A stretch of 63,107 nucleotides of DNA, filler included, from Rhabdomonas costata (Eukaryota), in assembly GCA_019059605.1 (NCBI GenBank). It is 46 parts of 46 records of this genome, joined end to end, with 100 filler letters (N's around TTAATTAATTAA, not from the genome) between each part and the next. Parts side by side here need not be neighbours in the genome. Positions count along the whole stretch, not along the records: positions 24,746 to 26,020 come from JAHMHO010021025.1; positions 26,121 to 27,387 come from JAHMHO010021026.1; positions 27,488 to 28,762 come from JAHMHO010021027.1; positions 28,863 to 30,137 come from JAHMHO010021028.1; positions 30,238 to 31,511 come from JAHMHO010021029.1; positions 31,612 to 32,886 come from JAHMHO010021030.1; positions 32,987 to 34,260 come from JAHMHO010021031.1; positions 34,361 to 35,634 come from JAHMHO010021032.1; 38 more parts are not named here. One strand, given 5' to 3'. Position numbers and translations under genes: made by a program. Within the stretch, counting starts at the first letter, position 1. Every line of letters starts with the position of its first letter. The notes beneath the pieces are model-generated. The model was not told the origin of the DNA, made no database searches, and worked only from the letters and a program-made list of their open reading frames with translations. Shown here piece by piece: positions 25,484 to 36,412 of this stretch.

Positions 25484-25777
25484 CTGCTGTGTGGTGGAGG
25501 GAGGTTTACGACGGGTTGTGATCCAATGGAAGGTTCCATTTCCCCGAAGAAGGGGGCACTCTCCCTGCACGTCGCCATACAGCCCGAGCCCAGCGGGCTG
25601 GCGAAGAAGCTTGGTCCAATACTGTGCGCGATGCTGAACTCCTCCGAGGCGGAGCCTCGCCAGCTATGGGTGGGCCTTGGGCCCCAGGGTGAGGTCCAGG
25701 GGTTCCACGCCTTCCGGGGGGATCGGGACCGACTGAGGCTTGCGCTGGACCAGGTCTTGAGGTCCATCCGGCCCCCG
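25484..25777 (+). CDS. Exon encoding a Schlafen/AlbA_2-like domain
   Basis: cgcag|...KLGPILCAMLNSSEAEPRQLWVGLGPQGEVQGFHAFRGDRDRLRLALDQVLRSIRPP|gtatgc resembles the AlbA_2 core CAFLNS.GG.L.+GV...G.V.G...RD.LR..+D. Confidence 0.65.
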
Positions 25778-26927
25778 GTATGCATGTGTGCGTGTCGTCC
25801 TCTGCCAAGTGCCCAAAGGGTGTATGTGAGGGTGGTGGCTCGATGGGTCCATGCACCATCGAAAGTTGGGGGCCAGGGGGGAACTGGACCTCGAATTCTT
25901 CCCAGAAAAAATTCGCCCTCGCCACGCCAAGTACACAAAGTCTGTCTGTGTGCCAGTTGAGCGATGATCCCTACCCCGAGAAGCGGCGACACTGGCAGAG
26001 CATTTGAAAACCCCCCCAAANNNNNNNNNNNNNNNNNNNNNNNNNNNNNNNNNNNNNNNNNNNNTTAATTAATTAANNNNNNNNNNNNNNNNNNNNNNNN
26101 NNNNNNNNNNNNNNNNNNNNGGCTGGACCCGGCACAGCTGTCGTGGGTGTGGGAGATCCGGCAGATGCAGGTGGAGTTTCTTTGTTCTTGTTTGTGTTCT
26201 TGTTCGTGTTTGCTTTTTTTTTTGGCTTGTTTGGGTGATCAACATCTGTAATTTTTATGGTAACTTCAGGAATATTTTGACCTGGGTGGTGTAGAGCTCT
26301 TTTCTACTGCCTAACCCCGTTCGAATCAGATGACACGTGACCCCTCAGCTTGGCACTTGCATCGCCTTTTGAGCACCCTCCCCGGTGACACTTGCGTTGC
26401 CTTTCAACCCCCTGCCAATCTGCCCAAAAAGTTCACAGGAGCCTTTAAGAAAACTTGACACGGGGGGTTCAAAACACAGTTGAGGGGTGAAAAACATTTG
26501 TGCAACGTATGAAAAGCGTTCGGGACACTTCGGCTTCTTTCCGAATATTTACATCGGAAACTTCGGTGTTTTTGTATGTTCTGGAGCGCATTGTTTTCCT
26601 TTTTCGCACAGCAAAACTTTCGGACTACGGTGAGGAATCTCATTGAGTTCAGAAAGTACGTCCTTGTCTGCCTCTTCCCAAAACTCTCCTTTGCTTTACT
26701 TATCGCTTGCATCGATTTGCCGCAAACGACAGGGTTATGCTTTTTTTGTTCGTTGCCAAATTTCCCCCTGTTATCCCGACCCTTCCGCTCTTGTACCACA
26801 TGAGCTGCCGACCTTTTTGCCTGCATGTTGATCTGTCGTGATCCATGGATTGCGGCCTTTGCTTCTCTTTTCTGTGTTTTGAATTCCCGGTCATCTCTAC
26901 TTTGGCTTGGGCTTGGCTCCCGCACAG

Positions 26928-27244
26928 GTTCATGCCGGACACTCTCTTCGCGGCGGAGAGCCATCACTCCCTTGTCACGTCCGTGGACTCGGAGGTGGAG
27001 ACCTGCCCCGACCCCTCCAACCTCTCCGGGAGCCAGCGCTATGCCGCAAGCTCAGCCGAGGACACCCTGGTGCAGCCCCAAGCCCCGGTGTTTGTCGCCC
27101 CCGCGGTGGTTGGGGGGCCCACCTCCGCCCGCCGGCTCAGCGTGACCACTCCGCGGGGCTCGGACTCCGTCGGGGTGACAGCGGCGGGGATAAGCCTCTC
27201 TCTGTGGACGGGAAGCGTGACCGTCCTCTTGGCCGACGTCACAG
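26928..27244 (+). CDS. Exon of an adenylate/guanylate cyclase (linker and start of the catalytic domain)
   Basis: cacag|(R)FMP...low-complexity linker...GSVTVLLADVT(G)|gtcggt; matches the VTVLFADI.G first metal-binding motif. Confidence 0.6.
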
Positions 27245-27499
27245 GTCGGTCGGAGGAGGGAGGAAGGCGGGAGAGACTCAGTTCTGGATTTTGAGGACAC
27301 ATAGGGCTGAAAGAAGAAATGCAGAAAGCGATGGTCCGAATGATGGGTGGTAGGTGAAGATGTCCCTGCCATACAACCCACAACACCNNNNNNNNNNNNN
27401 NNNNNNNNNNNNNNNNNNNNNNNNNNNNNNNTTAATTAATTAANNNNNNNNNNNNNNNNNNNNNNNNNNNNNNNNNNNNNNNNNNNNGGTGGGTGTTTT

Positions 27500-28518
27500 C
27501 CCCGGTGTTCCAGTTCGTGACCGACGGCCGGTACGCAGTCTCCCTTGGAGTCCCTGTTCGCACTCTTGGGTGTGGTCAACGCATACTACGGTCTGAAGAG
27601 CATTGAGGAGGCATTGGTCTCCTCCCACCATGCCCTGGGCACCTCGGGGGTCCTGGTGCTTCTCGCGGAGGACGGCAGCCTCATCACCAGCTCTGTGGAC
27701 AGCACTTCCACAGACATCCAGACCACGGTGAAATTCCTGGCGTCTTTTCCGGTCGCACAGGCAGGCAGTGTGCTGCAGACGAGCCTGGGCCCATTCGGCT
27801 CTTGCTTTGTGCTTCAGCAGACCATTACGGGGCAAGTCCGGCCGGACTTCTTTGCGTACGGCCTGAACTGGAGACTGTTTGTGGTGCTGCCCCAAGCAGA
27901 CTACTACTCTGGAGTATGGAGCAACAACCGGCTTGCGGCAATCCTGGTGGTGGTGTGCTCGGTAACCTTCCTGCTGGTGCAGTTGTTCTTCTACCGGGTC
28001 ATCTTGGTGTTCCACCTGCGGACATTGCTAAGGGGACTTCTGGAGCTTCAGGCGCTGTGGACAGCTCAGCGGATGGAGCGGCAGCAGGGGCTGAGGAGGT
28101 GGCCGTGCGGTCGCTACACTCCCTGCCACATGTCCAGTCCGTGTTTACTGAGATCCGAGCCCTGCATAAGGTTTGAATTTGAGCTGATGCGTTTGGGAGT
28201 TGATTCTGTGTCCCTTCGTCGTCTTCTGTCCTTCGTTCATCCTCCTTCCTGACCCGTGATCCCTTGTGGTGCTGTGCGACTGTTTGAGATACGGTTTGTC
28301 CCCCCGTGTCCCCCTTTCGCCCTTTCGCCCTTTATCATTGCGATTCAACCTGCTGCTCGCTGCTCTGTGCGTGGCAGGCCTTCTTTGAGGCCATCTCCTC
28401 TGTGGGTCGAGCGGGGCACCAGAGGGCGCAGGAGATGGCCCTGGCCGCGGAGCAGGCCCGGGAGCTGGTGCGCTCAAAGGAAATGTTCTTCGCGATGGTG
28501 AGCCACGAAATGCGGACT
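27500..28518 (+). CDS. Membrane sensor histidine kinase fragment (Cache-like sensor, TM helix, HAMP-like linker, HisKA H-box) with apparent frameshifts
   Basis: LNWRLFVVLPQADYYSGVW, TM helix LAAILVVVCSVTFLLVQLFF, SVFTEIRALHK|gt, then exon 28378-28518 AFFEAISS...RSKEMFFAMVSHEMRT (H-box SHExRT). Confidence 0.75.
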
Positions 28519-30443
28519 GCGGACCGCTGACGACGTGCATTGGGATGGCTGAGGTGTGATCTTCGGATTTGGCGCCGTGCAGAAATTATGTTTCATTATT
28601 TCGGTGAATAAACCCAGTTTCCTTTTCTTTCCTTTTTTACCTTTACCGCAACTTTGCCGAAACAATCCTCATTACTGTGCCGTTGTGGTGCTCCCATCTG
28701 CCTGAAAATGTAGCTGTGGCCTGAACTTCTACCGTACGGTATACTTTCGGTAAACACCCAACNNNNNNNNNNNNNNNNNNNNNNNNNNNNNNNNNNNNNN
28801 NNNNNNTTAATTAATTAANNNNNNNNNNNNNNNNNNNNNNNNNNNNNNNNNNNNNNNNNNNNGATGGTGTTGCTATTGCTGGCTTTAAGTTTCGTGTGTA
28901 CTGTGGTGTTTGGGTTTGTGTGCGAATTGTTGGTGTTGGGTTTTCCATGTGGGTCATTGTGGGTTGTACGGTGGCTTGGGTGGTGGTGACTGTTGGATTG
29001 GCGTTCCGGGTGTGTCTGTCGTTTCATGCCTTTTAGTGACCGACAGCAGCATGCACCTGGCCTGGACCCGTACACATCTTCTGCGGAAGGGGTGGAGGTC
29101 TGCTTGTTGTCCTTCTGAAAATTGGATGGACCTTGACGGACCTGAAAAGACACATAGAATTTCGACTTCGGGTTCATCCGTATATGTCCTGTGTGAAGCC
29201 CAACCTGTTCTCAAGGGGGGGGGGGTCGGTTTTGTGGCAAGCGCTCAAACTCTCCCTTTTTTTTTCGGCCGAGTTCCCGTTGCATTTCTTTTCTTGTGAA
29301 AGTGAGGCGTGCCTTTGATTGGCGGTGTTGCGTTATGTTTCAGGCACAAGAATTAGCCCAAGTTCACCCAGGTGTGTTCGTATTCCCTGCCCCCCTCTCT
29401 TTTTCTCTGAGCGTAACTTTGTGAGGGCACGGAACAAGAGACCTCCCCTTCTCAAAAGCAGGTAGGCAGGATGCCCGCGGTTTACGGACCTTTAATGTGC
29501 TTCCTGCCTTCCCACCTCTCCAATTGTAAATGCTGGGCTCGTCGTCTGGGGTACTGTCGCCCCCAGCTCAGCACTGGTGAACCCACTGCAATGATAAGTA
29601 GGTGGTTAGAAATTAGATTTTCAAAAAAAAGGGATGATCGTTACGCACTTGCAAACTGGTACACCACACTCGTAAAACATATGAAAATGTCATTCCGCCC
29701 GCGGTACCGCCAAATCGCCTCTGATGCACTTTTTCTGGTTCCGCTCCGGCGGGCGCTGGCAGATCTCCGCTTAGGACAAGTCTGTGGCTTGTTACCTGAG
29801 CGGTGTGCCCACCCAGTTTGTACCAGACGAGCCTCAGTGCAGATATTTGAATTCTGTTAAATTCTCCCTACTGTGCGTGCGTCTGCAGCATTCTGTTGAC
29901 GTTTCAAACACCAGACGCCGCAGTGGAATGCTTTCTGTTTGTCACGCCATGCCAGCTTACGGCCCCTCCCAAACCTAACCCTCCACCTGTGACCCGGTGG
30001 TGGTATCGGACATCTTCTATGCCACATATTCTTTTGTGTTGTTCACTCCTCGGGGTGAGATTGAATCGAACTGCGAATTAAACTGAATTAAATCTGATCT
30101 AGTCACATTGAATTTGACAGAACGCAACACAAAAAAANNNNNNNNNNNNNNNNNNNNNNNNNNNNNNNNNNNNNNNNNNNNTTAATTAATTAANNNNNNN
30201 NNNNNNNNNNNNNNNNNNNNNNNNNNNNNNNNNNNNNACTTTTTTTTGGAGGGTGGGGGTAAAAAATCAAAGAAAAAATTTAAGAGGGAGAGAATCTCAA
30301 TGGTGAGCACGAGCCAACGGTAAACAAGAGGTAAGACATTGGTTTTTGCACCCTATCGCCTCTCCTTCTTCCGCCCCAACAAAAACACGCGCGAACAACG
30401 AACAGTACGCAAAAACAAAAAAACCAGTGCATGGAGTGGGCAC

Positions 30444-30791
30444 CCATCCCGGCAAGGCCAGGGGGCACCCCCAATGGTTGCCCGAGAGGTCCAAATTCCC
30501 CGGTAGATCCCCTGCGAACAGCGCCTCCGTGTCGTTGCCCACCTCCAGCCCCACCAGCTGGTTGCCTCCCAGGCCGAGAAGGCTGAGGTTCCGCGGAAGC
30601 CCCGACAGCACCACGGTCCCGGAGAAGTGGTTGGCCCCCAGCTGCAGCGTGATCAGCCCCGGGGGCAAGGTGGCGGTGAGGTTCAGAGGGCCCGAGAAGT
30701 TGTTGTGGGAAAGGTCCAGCACCCGCAGCCCACGCGGGGCCTGGGTGAGGTCCACAGGGCCACTGAACTTGCCCCCTTGCAGAGTAAGCTC
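30444..30791 (-). CDS. Exon of a leucine-rich-repeat (probably surface) protein
   Basis: ELTLQGGKFSGPVDLTQAPRGLRVLDLSHNNFSGPLNLTATLPPGLITLQLGANHFSGTVVLSGLPRNLSLLGLGGNQL...LDLSGNHWGCPL; LxxLxLxxNxFSG repeats with a cap; AG/GT bounded. Confidence 0.9.
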
Positions 30792-32986
30792 CTGCGAGCG
30801 TGTGCGTAAGGGCATCCCTCCTTAGGTCTACCTTAGGTCTCATGCCGAGCATACCTAAGGTAGGTGTTTGCCCCCTTGTAGAGTGAGCTCCTGTGAGCGT
30901 GTGCATAAGCGCGTTCGCGCGTTGCCTTTTGCGGTTCCACTCGCTTTGTTTTTGGAAAGGCGACGACATTGTGCGCGAAGCTTTTTCTACATTCATGCAC
31001 CCTCATGCACCTTCATCCACAGCGAGACTGTCCCTTTTAGGTGTGGAGCGGTGGAATGCTTCCTTGGTGAATGGCTGGCTTGCACCGCGATGAGGTGCAT
31101 GATGCTCACGTCCCCAGTTTTATCTCTATTAAGTTGTACGGGTGCTTCGCACCACAGAAACCAGGCGGGTTTTTCCTCTCACAGCGTGTGCGTACGTGCG
31201 TGTGCACGTGCGTGTGCGTGCATGTTCGTGCGCAAGCCGTGCTGGCAAACACGGGACAATCAGCCATTGAAATTACACTTCAAGAGGCTACAGCCGTCTA
31301 TACGCACTAAAAGAGCTCACAGTGCAAATATGTCATCTTGTTTCATGGTCTCCTAAACCAGTGCAACCCTCCCGAAACCTTCGACCAACGTGCCTTCTCG
31401 GCCGGAGTTTGTAATTTTTTTCGGTCTGACTCTTTGCTAAATTTACCCCAAACCAATCTTGCAATCTGAAATTTTTTTTTTGCGAATTTGTATTACGACT
31501 TACCAACCAACNNNNNNNNNNNNNNNNNNNNNNNNNNNNNNNNNNNNNNNNNNNNTTAATTAATTAANNNNNNNNNNNNNNNNNNNNNNNNNNNNNNNNN
31601 NNNNNNNNNNNGGTGTGGAGTGGCCATGCTGAGCGACGTGAGTTGGGAAAATAGGACCGCAGAAAATTCAGGATGCAAGACAACCGTGTGACGCAGACAC
31701 CCAGAGAGCACTTCCCACGGTGGCAGGATGCAAAAATAAACGGGAAGGGCAAGAGTGTGGCAGATGTCTGCGTATGTGTGTATGTGTGAACGTCCACTAT
31801 GCAAAGGGTAAGTCTGTGTGAGCATTGGTGGGGCCAAAGATGGAGAGCCAAACCGAGGCAAGCCAAGCAGTGAGATCCGGTTGTTGGCCTGTCCAGAAGG
31901 CTGCTCCCGCTGCGAGATGGAAGGGAAACGGAAAGAAGCAAACTGAAGGGCACGTGTGTGCGCTCGCGCCCAGCTGCGCCCCGGTGCTCAAGGGACGTGG
32001 AGGACAGGGGCCTTCTTCATCGAAACGGAGGTGGCTGTGGAGGGCAGTGCGCGGCGTAGTTCTCCGGTGGGGCGGAGCAGACGCTCGCGAAGCGCGGGGC
32101 AGGCCTGGGCAGCGTCTGGGCCCATGTCAACGGAGTATCAGAGTGAGAAAAAAGTACTCTATTACTAGCGTTAGCACAAATTGCAACATGGGGATGGGGT
32201 AGGGCGATGCTTAGAACATCCCAAGGGAACCAGAGCACTACTGTGATGACTAATTGCAGCTCTCTTCAAGAACCGGCTCAACTTTTCATATTAGTGTGCG
32301 GGTCTGAGCGGCGCATACGTCTGTTCCAAATTTGTCGAAGACCTTTTGGTGTTATTTAGCGAAGAAATTTGGGTTTACGGTAGGGATATAGTTCCTATTC
32401 GATGTCCTTTTTCAAGGTAAGGCCAGGATTACAGAGCTGTGGGAGCTGTGGGACAGGAGGGGGATAGGGCACTGCTTCCGTTCGGTGACTTGGTACCTCT
32501 TTCAAAGTGCACTTTTGACATGAAATGAAACCCTTTCCTCAAACAACTGGAGAATCCGTGTGTGTGTTTCTTTTCCGTCTTTTCATCGCACAAACATACA
32601 CAAACGCGAACAAGCGGGTCCCACTGCCCTCAAGTCAAGAATAAGAAATAAAAGCGCAGCTCACCACAAGGGAAGGGCAGTTCACTGCGATTTTTGCGAC
32701 GCCAGAGACGGTGCCAAGAATGGCGGAGACCTTCTCCTCCGAGAGCTGCCCACAAAAAATACAAACAGCACATTCACTCAAACACGCTGTCAATGCTGCC
32801 ACCACTGTCATGAAGACCCGCCAGATGAGCGCATACATGCACTCGTTTGTGTTCATGTTCAGTAGTTGGGTGACTGAAAACAAACCNNNNNNNNNNNNNN
32901 NNNNNNNNNNNNNNNNNNNNNNNNNNNNNNTTAATTAATTAANNNNNNNNNNNNNNNNNNNNNNNNNNNNNNNNNNNNNNNNNNNN

Positions 32987-33145
32987 GGGTTTTGTTATTT
33001 TATTACTTATATGTGTTGTTGTACTTGATTGTTGTGGTCTCCATGTATCTACTTTGTCCGTGTCAATGTATTGTAATAATTCTTTCGGGCATTCTGTATT
33101 TTTATCTTTATATTTATAAATTATCTCAAGTGTGTAAGTTGCCAT
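32987..33145 (-). CDS. 5' part of an AT-rich, probably viral hypothetical protein
   Basis: ATG 54 nt downstream of the methyltransferase stop on the same strand; MATYTLEIIYKYKDKNTECPKELLQYIDTDKV...; runs off the fragment. Confidence 0.55.
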
Positions 33146-33199
33146 TATATTTTATATGATTTTTTTTGTCTTATTATTTATAAAATAATATCCATTGTT

Positions 33200-34135
33200 T
33201 TAAGCTATTTTCTGAAAAATATAATATTTATTTAATTTCATAAATTCATATGATGCATGATGTACATCATCATTTGGTTTAGATACAAAAAATTTAGATA
33301 TATTTTCTATATACTTATTACCTGTATCATATTTATAATAAGATGTAAAAAATGATTTGTGAATATTATATATTTTTTCAAAATATTCCATTTCAACAAG
33401 TTGTAATCCACATTTCTTAAATTCATTTATTATAAATTTAGAATCTACAAGATATTCAGAAACATAATTATCTGATATTGTCGTATTTAATACATCAATT
33501 TTATATCCAGTCTTTATTATATCAGTATCACTAATATTATTTGTATATTTTTTTACAATTTCAAATAATTTTTTCTTTGTTCCATTTTGTGTATAATATA
33601 ATGTATATTGTTCTCCATGTGTTTGGAATAAATGCATTATTTTATTTGCATCAAAGCATGTTATAAATAAATATCCACCAACTTTCAAATAATTCTTTAT
33701 ATTCTCACAAAAATTTGTCCAAGTTTTGTCATTCTCCAAAAAATAATGTATCGCAAACTGACAATTAATTCTATCATATGTCATTGTTCCATTCAAATAT
33801 GTTTTTATATATTCATTGTTTGTATCTTTTATTTTTTTTGTATTTGTATGTATATTATTTTTATTAATTTTATCATATTTAAATATATCATTGTCATAAA
33901 TCGTAATTTCTTGTGATACTAATGTTAACGGTTCTCTAGCATCTGCTAATATAAAAATCATTAACGGTTTATTTTCTTTCTTTATACTTTTATATCTTGT
34001 AATTGCACTATCATTTTCAGAATATAAATTATATATATCAACATCAACACCAACATATAAATGAACATTATTATTCATAAATTTATGAATATCGCCTCCA
34101 CGACCACAACCAATATCTAGAACGACGACGTCACG
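33200..34135 (-). CDS. mRNA cap guanine-N7 methyltransferase domain of a giant-virus (Mimiviridae-like) capping enzyme, 5'-truncated
   Basis: Frame extends upstream of the ORF-track Met to VVLDIGCGRGGDIHKF (SAM motif I); YVGVDVD, SAITRY, FILADA, YDRINCQFAIHYFL, NYLKVGGYLFITCFDA, SEYLV, LNKYYIFQK; intronless, extremely AT-rich, K/N/I/Y-rich. Confidence 0.88.
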   Translation of the reverse strand, partial: RDVVVLDIGCGRGGDIHKFMNNNVHLYVGVDVDIYNLYSENDSAITRYKSIKKENKPLMIFILADAREPLTLVSQEITIYDNDIFKYDKINKNNIHTNTKKIKDTNNEYIKTYLNGTMTYDRINCQFAIHYFLENDKTWTNFCENIKNYLKVGGYLFITCFDANKIMHLFQTHGEQYTLYYTQNGTKKKLFEIVKKYTNNISDTDIIKTGYKIDVLNTTISDNYVSEYLVDSKFIINEFKKCGLQLVEMEYFEKIYNIHKSFFTSYYKYDTGNKYIENISKFFVSKPNDDVHHASYEFMKLNKYYIFQKIA

Positions 34136-34946
34136 TCATAAATTTCTTTGTGTTCTTATATCTCCAGTCCTTTTCTTTTTGCACTTTTCAGCAGGCACGC
34201 TCTCTTTTTCTTAATTTTCACGTTTTCTCCACGACCAACCAACCCAAACACACCCACCACNNNNNNNNNNNNNNNNNNNNNNNNNNNNNNNNNNNNNNNN
34301 NNNNTTAATTAATTAANNNNNNNNNNNNNNNNNNNNNNNNNNNNNNNNNNNNNNNNNNNNAATTCTTATCCCTCTTTTGCACAGTCGCCATTGCTTCTGT
34401 TTGAGACTGGGGTGGAAAATGGAAAATTACATCCCAAATTCACAAACTCAGAATTTAGTGACGTTACGAACATGGAATTGAAGTCCCGGAGTCCCAAACG
34501 CTTACAATTCCCATGAATTCACCTTCCACCTTCGCATATGGCGTTTTTAAATTCACTCTGGCTTGACATCGGCTGACAAGCCACCTAAATTTGAACACAG
34601 GGTGGCCAGGATGGCTCAACTTAGAAGGCTTTTCGAAGAATCCATTTCAATATGTACACGTGAAGTTTTGCAACACTGTTCCTTGCATTTTTAGGTAAGG
34701 GCACCGCTCAACTCTGCAGGAGAGCCACGCAGGCTTAAACCCGCAGCTAGAGAGAAACAGAGTGATGCTTCGCATCTGAAATCGGAGGATGGTTCGATTC
34801 TCGGTGTGCGGGGTGTGGGATGACGTGATGATGGATGCACTCGGGCTGAGGTTGAGGTGGGGGGTTATGTGCGAGAGTAAGAGAGAGAGGAGGGAGAGGG
34901 AGGGAGGGAGCACGCGGCAGAGCTAAGCAACGCACGAGCACGCGAC

Positions 34947-35544
34947 CTCTGCCCTTCACAATGCTATCAATCACAGTCCCCAGCGCAGACAGAGACAGGT
35001 TGATGTTCGCGCCCTCCTTCAAACGGTCTCCTGTAGCGTTGGTCTTGGACTGGCGCTCGCTTCCTATGGAGAAAGCCAATGAGGTTCAGTTTCCAACTCT
35101 GCGCGAGCACACGGACACTGAACAGCGGCAGGAAAATGGAAAATGATTTTCCTACATATCCTGTTTTTATATCTAAAACACACGCGCAAACATTAGTACA
35201 ACCTGAGGTCGATTTTCCAAATTTTAAGCAACTCACATGCAGATTCCGCTGTTTCTCAATATTAAAATGGTAATGGGGCTGAATGCTGAAGCGACACACA
35301 CGTGCATGGTGTTCGCGAAAGTATCTAACACCAGGGTTTGACACTGTCCTTCACACGACCCAAAAGTACGGATACCCGCCAGGTCGACAAGGTTGAGCTT
35401 GGAGGTGACCACCTTGCAGCTGCCGGCGTCCCCGTCCTCGCCGCGCTCGGAGCGCTCCAGGAGCACCGTGAACACGGAGTGCGAGCGGGAGGAGTGCGCG
35501 TTGAGGTCCGTCACCCCAACGCAGCGCCGATCCGTACCCTCCTC
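34947..35544 (-). CDS. Kinesin motor domain (kinesin-2-like), exons 35544-35376 and 35063-34947
   Basis: Switch [13 protein letters not shown], switch [42 protein letters not shown]; phase-1 GT-AG intron. Confidence 0.95.
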
Positions 35545-36412
35545 CTGCCACATGGGGCACACCCATCGCCTCCCCAAAAACCAAACCCCAAGCCAAAACA
35601 ACCCCCCCCCTCCTCCATTCACTCCAAAAACAAANNNNNNNNNNNNNNNNNNNNNNNNNNNNNNNNNNNNNNNNNNNNTTAATTAATTAANNNNNNNNNN
35701 NNNNNNNNNNNNNNNNNNNNNNNNNNNNNNNNNNTTTGTGTTGTGCTCCTGGGGACTTCACAAGCAAACAAGGGAAGGTCATGGTGTCAGGAATTTCAGG
35801 GGGAGGACTGTGCCTTGGGATTTTTCACTTCGGCGAAGATCCATTCTAAATTCAGTATCCGCATAGGAATTGAGGGTGTGTGTCCCGCCAAGGGAAAGGG
35901 CAAAGTATTTGCATTAGAAGTGCAAACGTGTTTTGCGCTACTTTTAGCCTTCGTATACGCATATCTTTCCTGCTTTGATAGCGCTCGAAAGGCCGTCGAA
36001 AAGGCAAATCCAAAACAGTTTGGCATTGCAAATGAACATAACCGTGGTTGCGGTGAGCAAAAACGGAACCGGAAGTTATTTTGGCAATTGTCCTGAAGCC
36101 CACTGAAGCGACACTAAAACCACACTGAAACCACATTTGAAACCACATTTTCAGGGACAAGGGCGAACGATACGGAAGGCAAATTGGGCGGCTGAGGTGG
36201 GAGCGTGACTGGGTCTTTTTGGAAGGTGTTGTCCGTGGGAAAACTTGTTAACAGTGGTAACAGTCATCCCCCCCCCCTAACGTCACTGGCTCCGAAATTG
36301 GCATGTAATAATCGATAGCTGGGTTGCAGGTTCCAGGTACTGGTGACTGGTGTCATCTCTTTGTCTATCTTCACTCCAGCTGAAATTTTCTTCTGGTACC
36401 TCTCTTTGAGAG

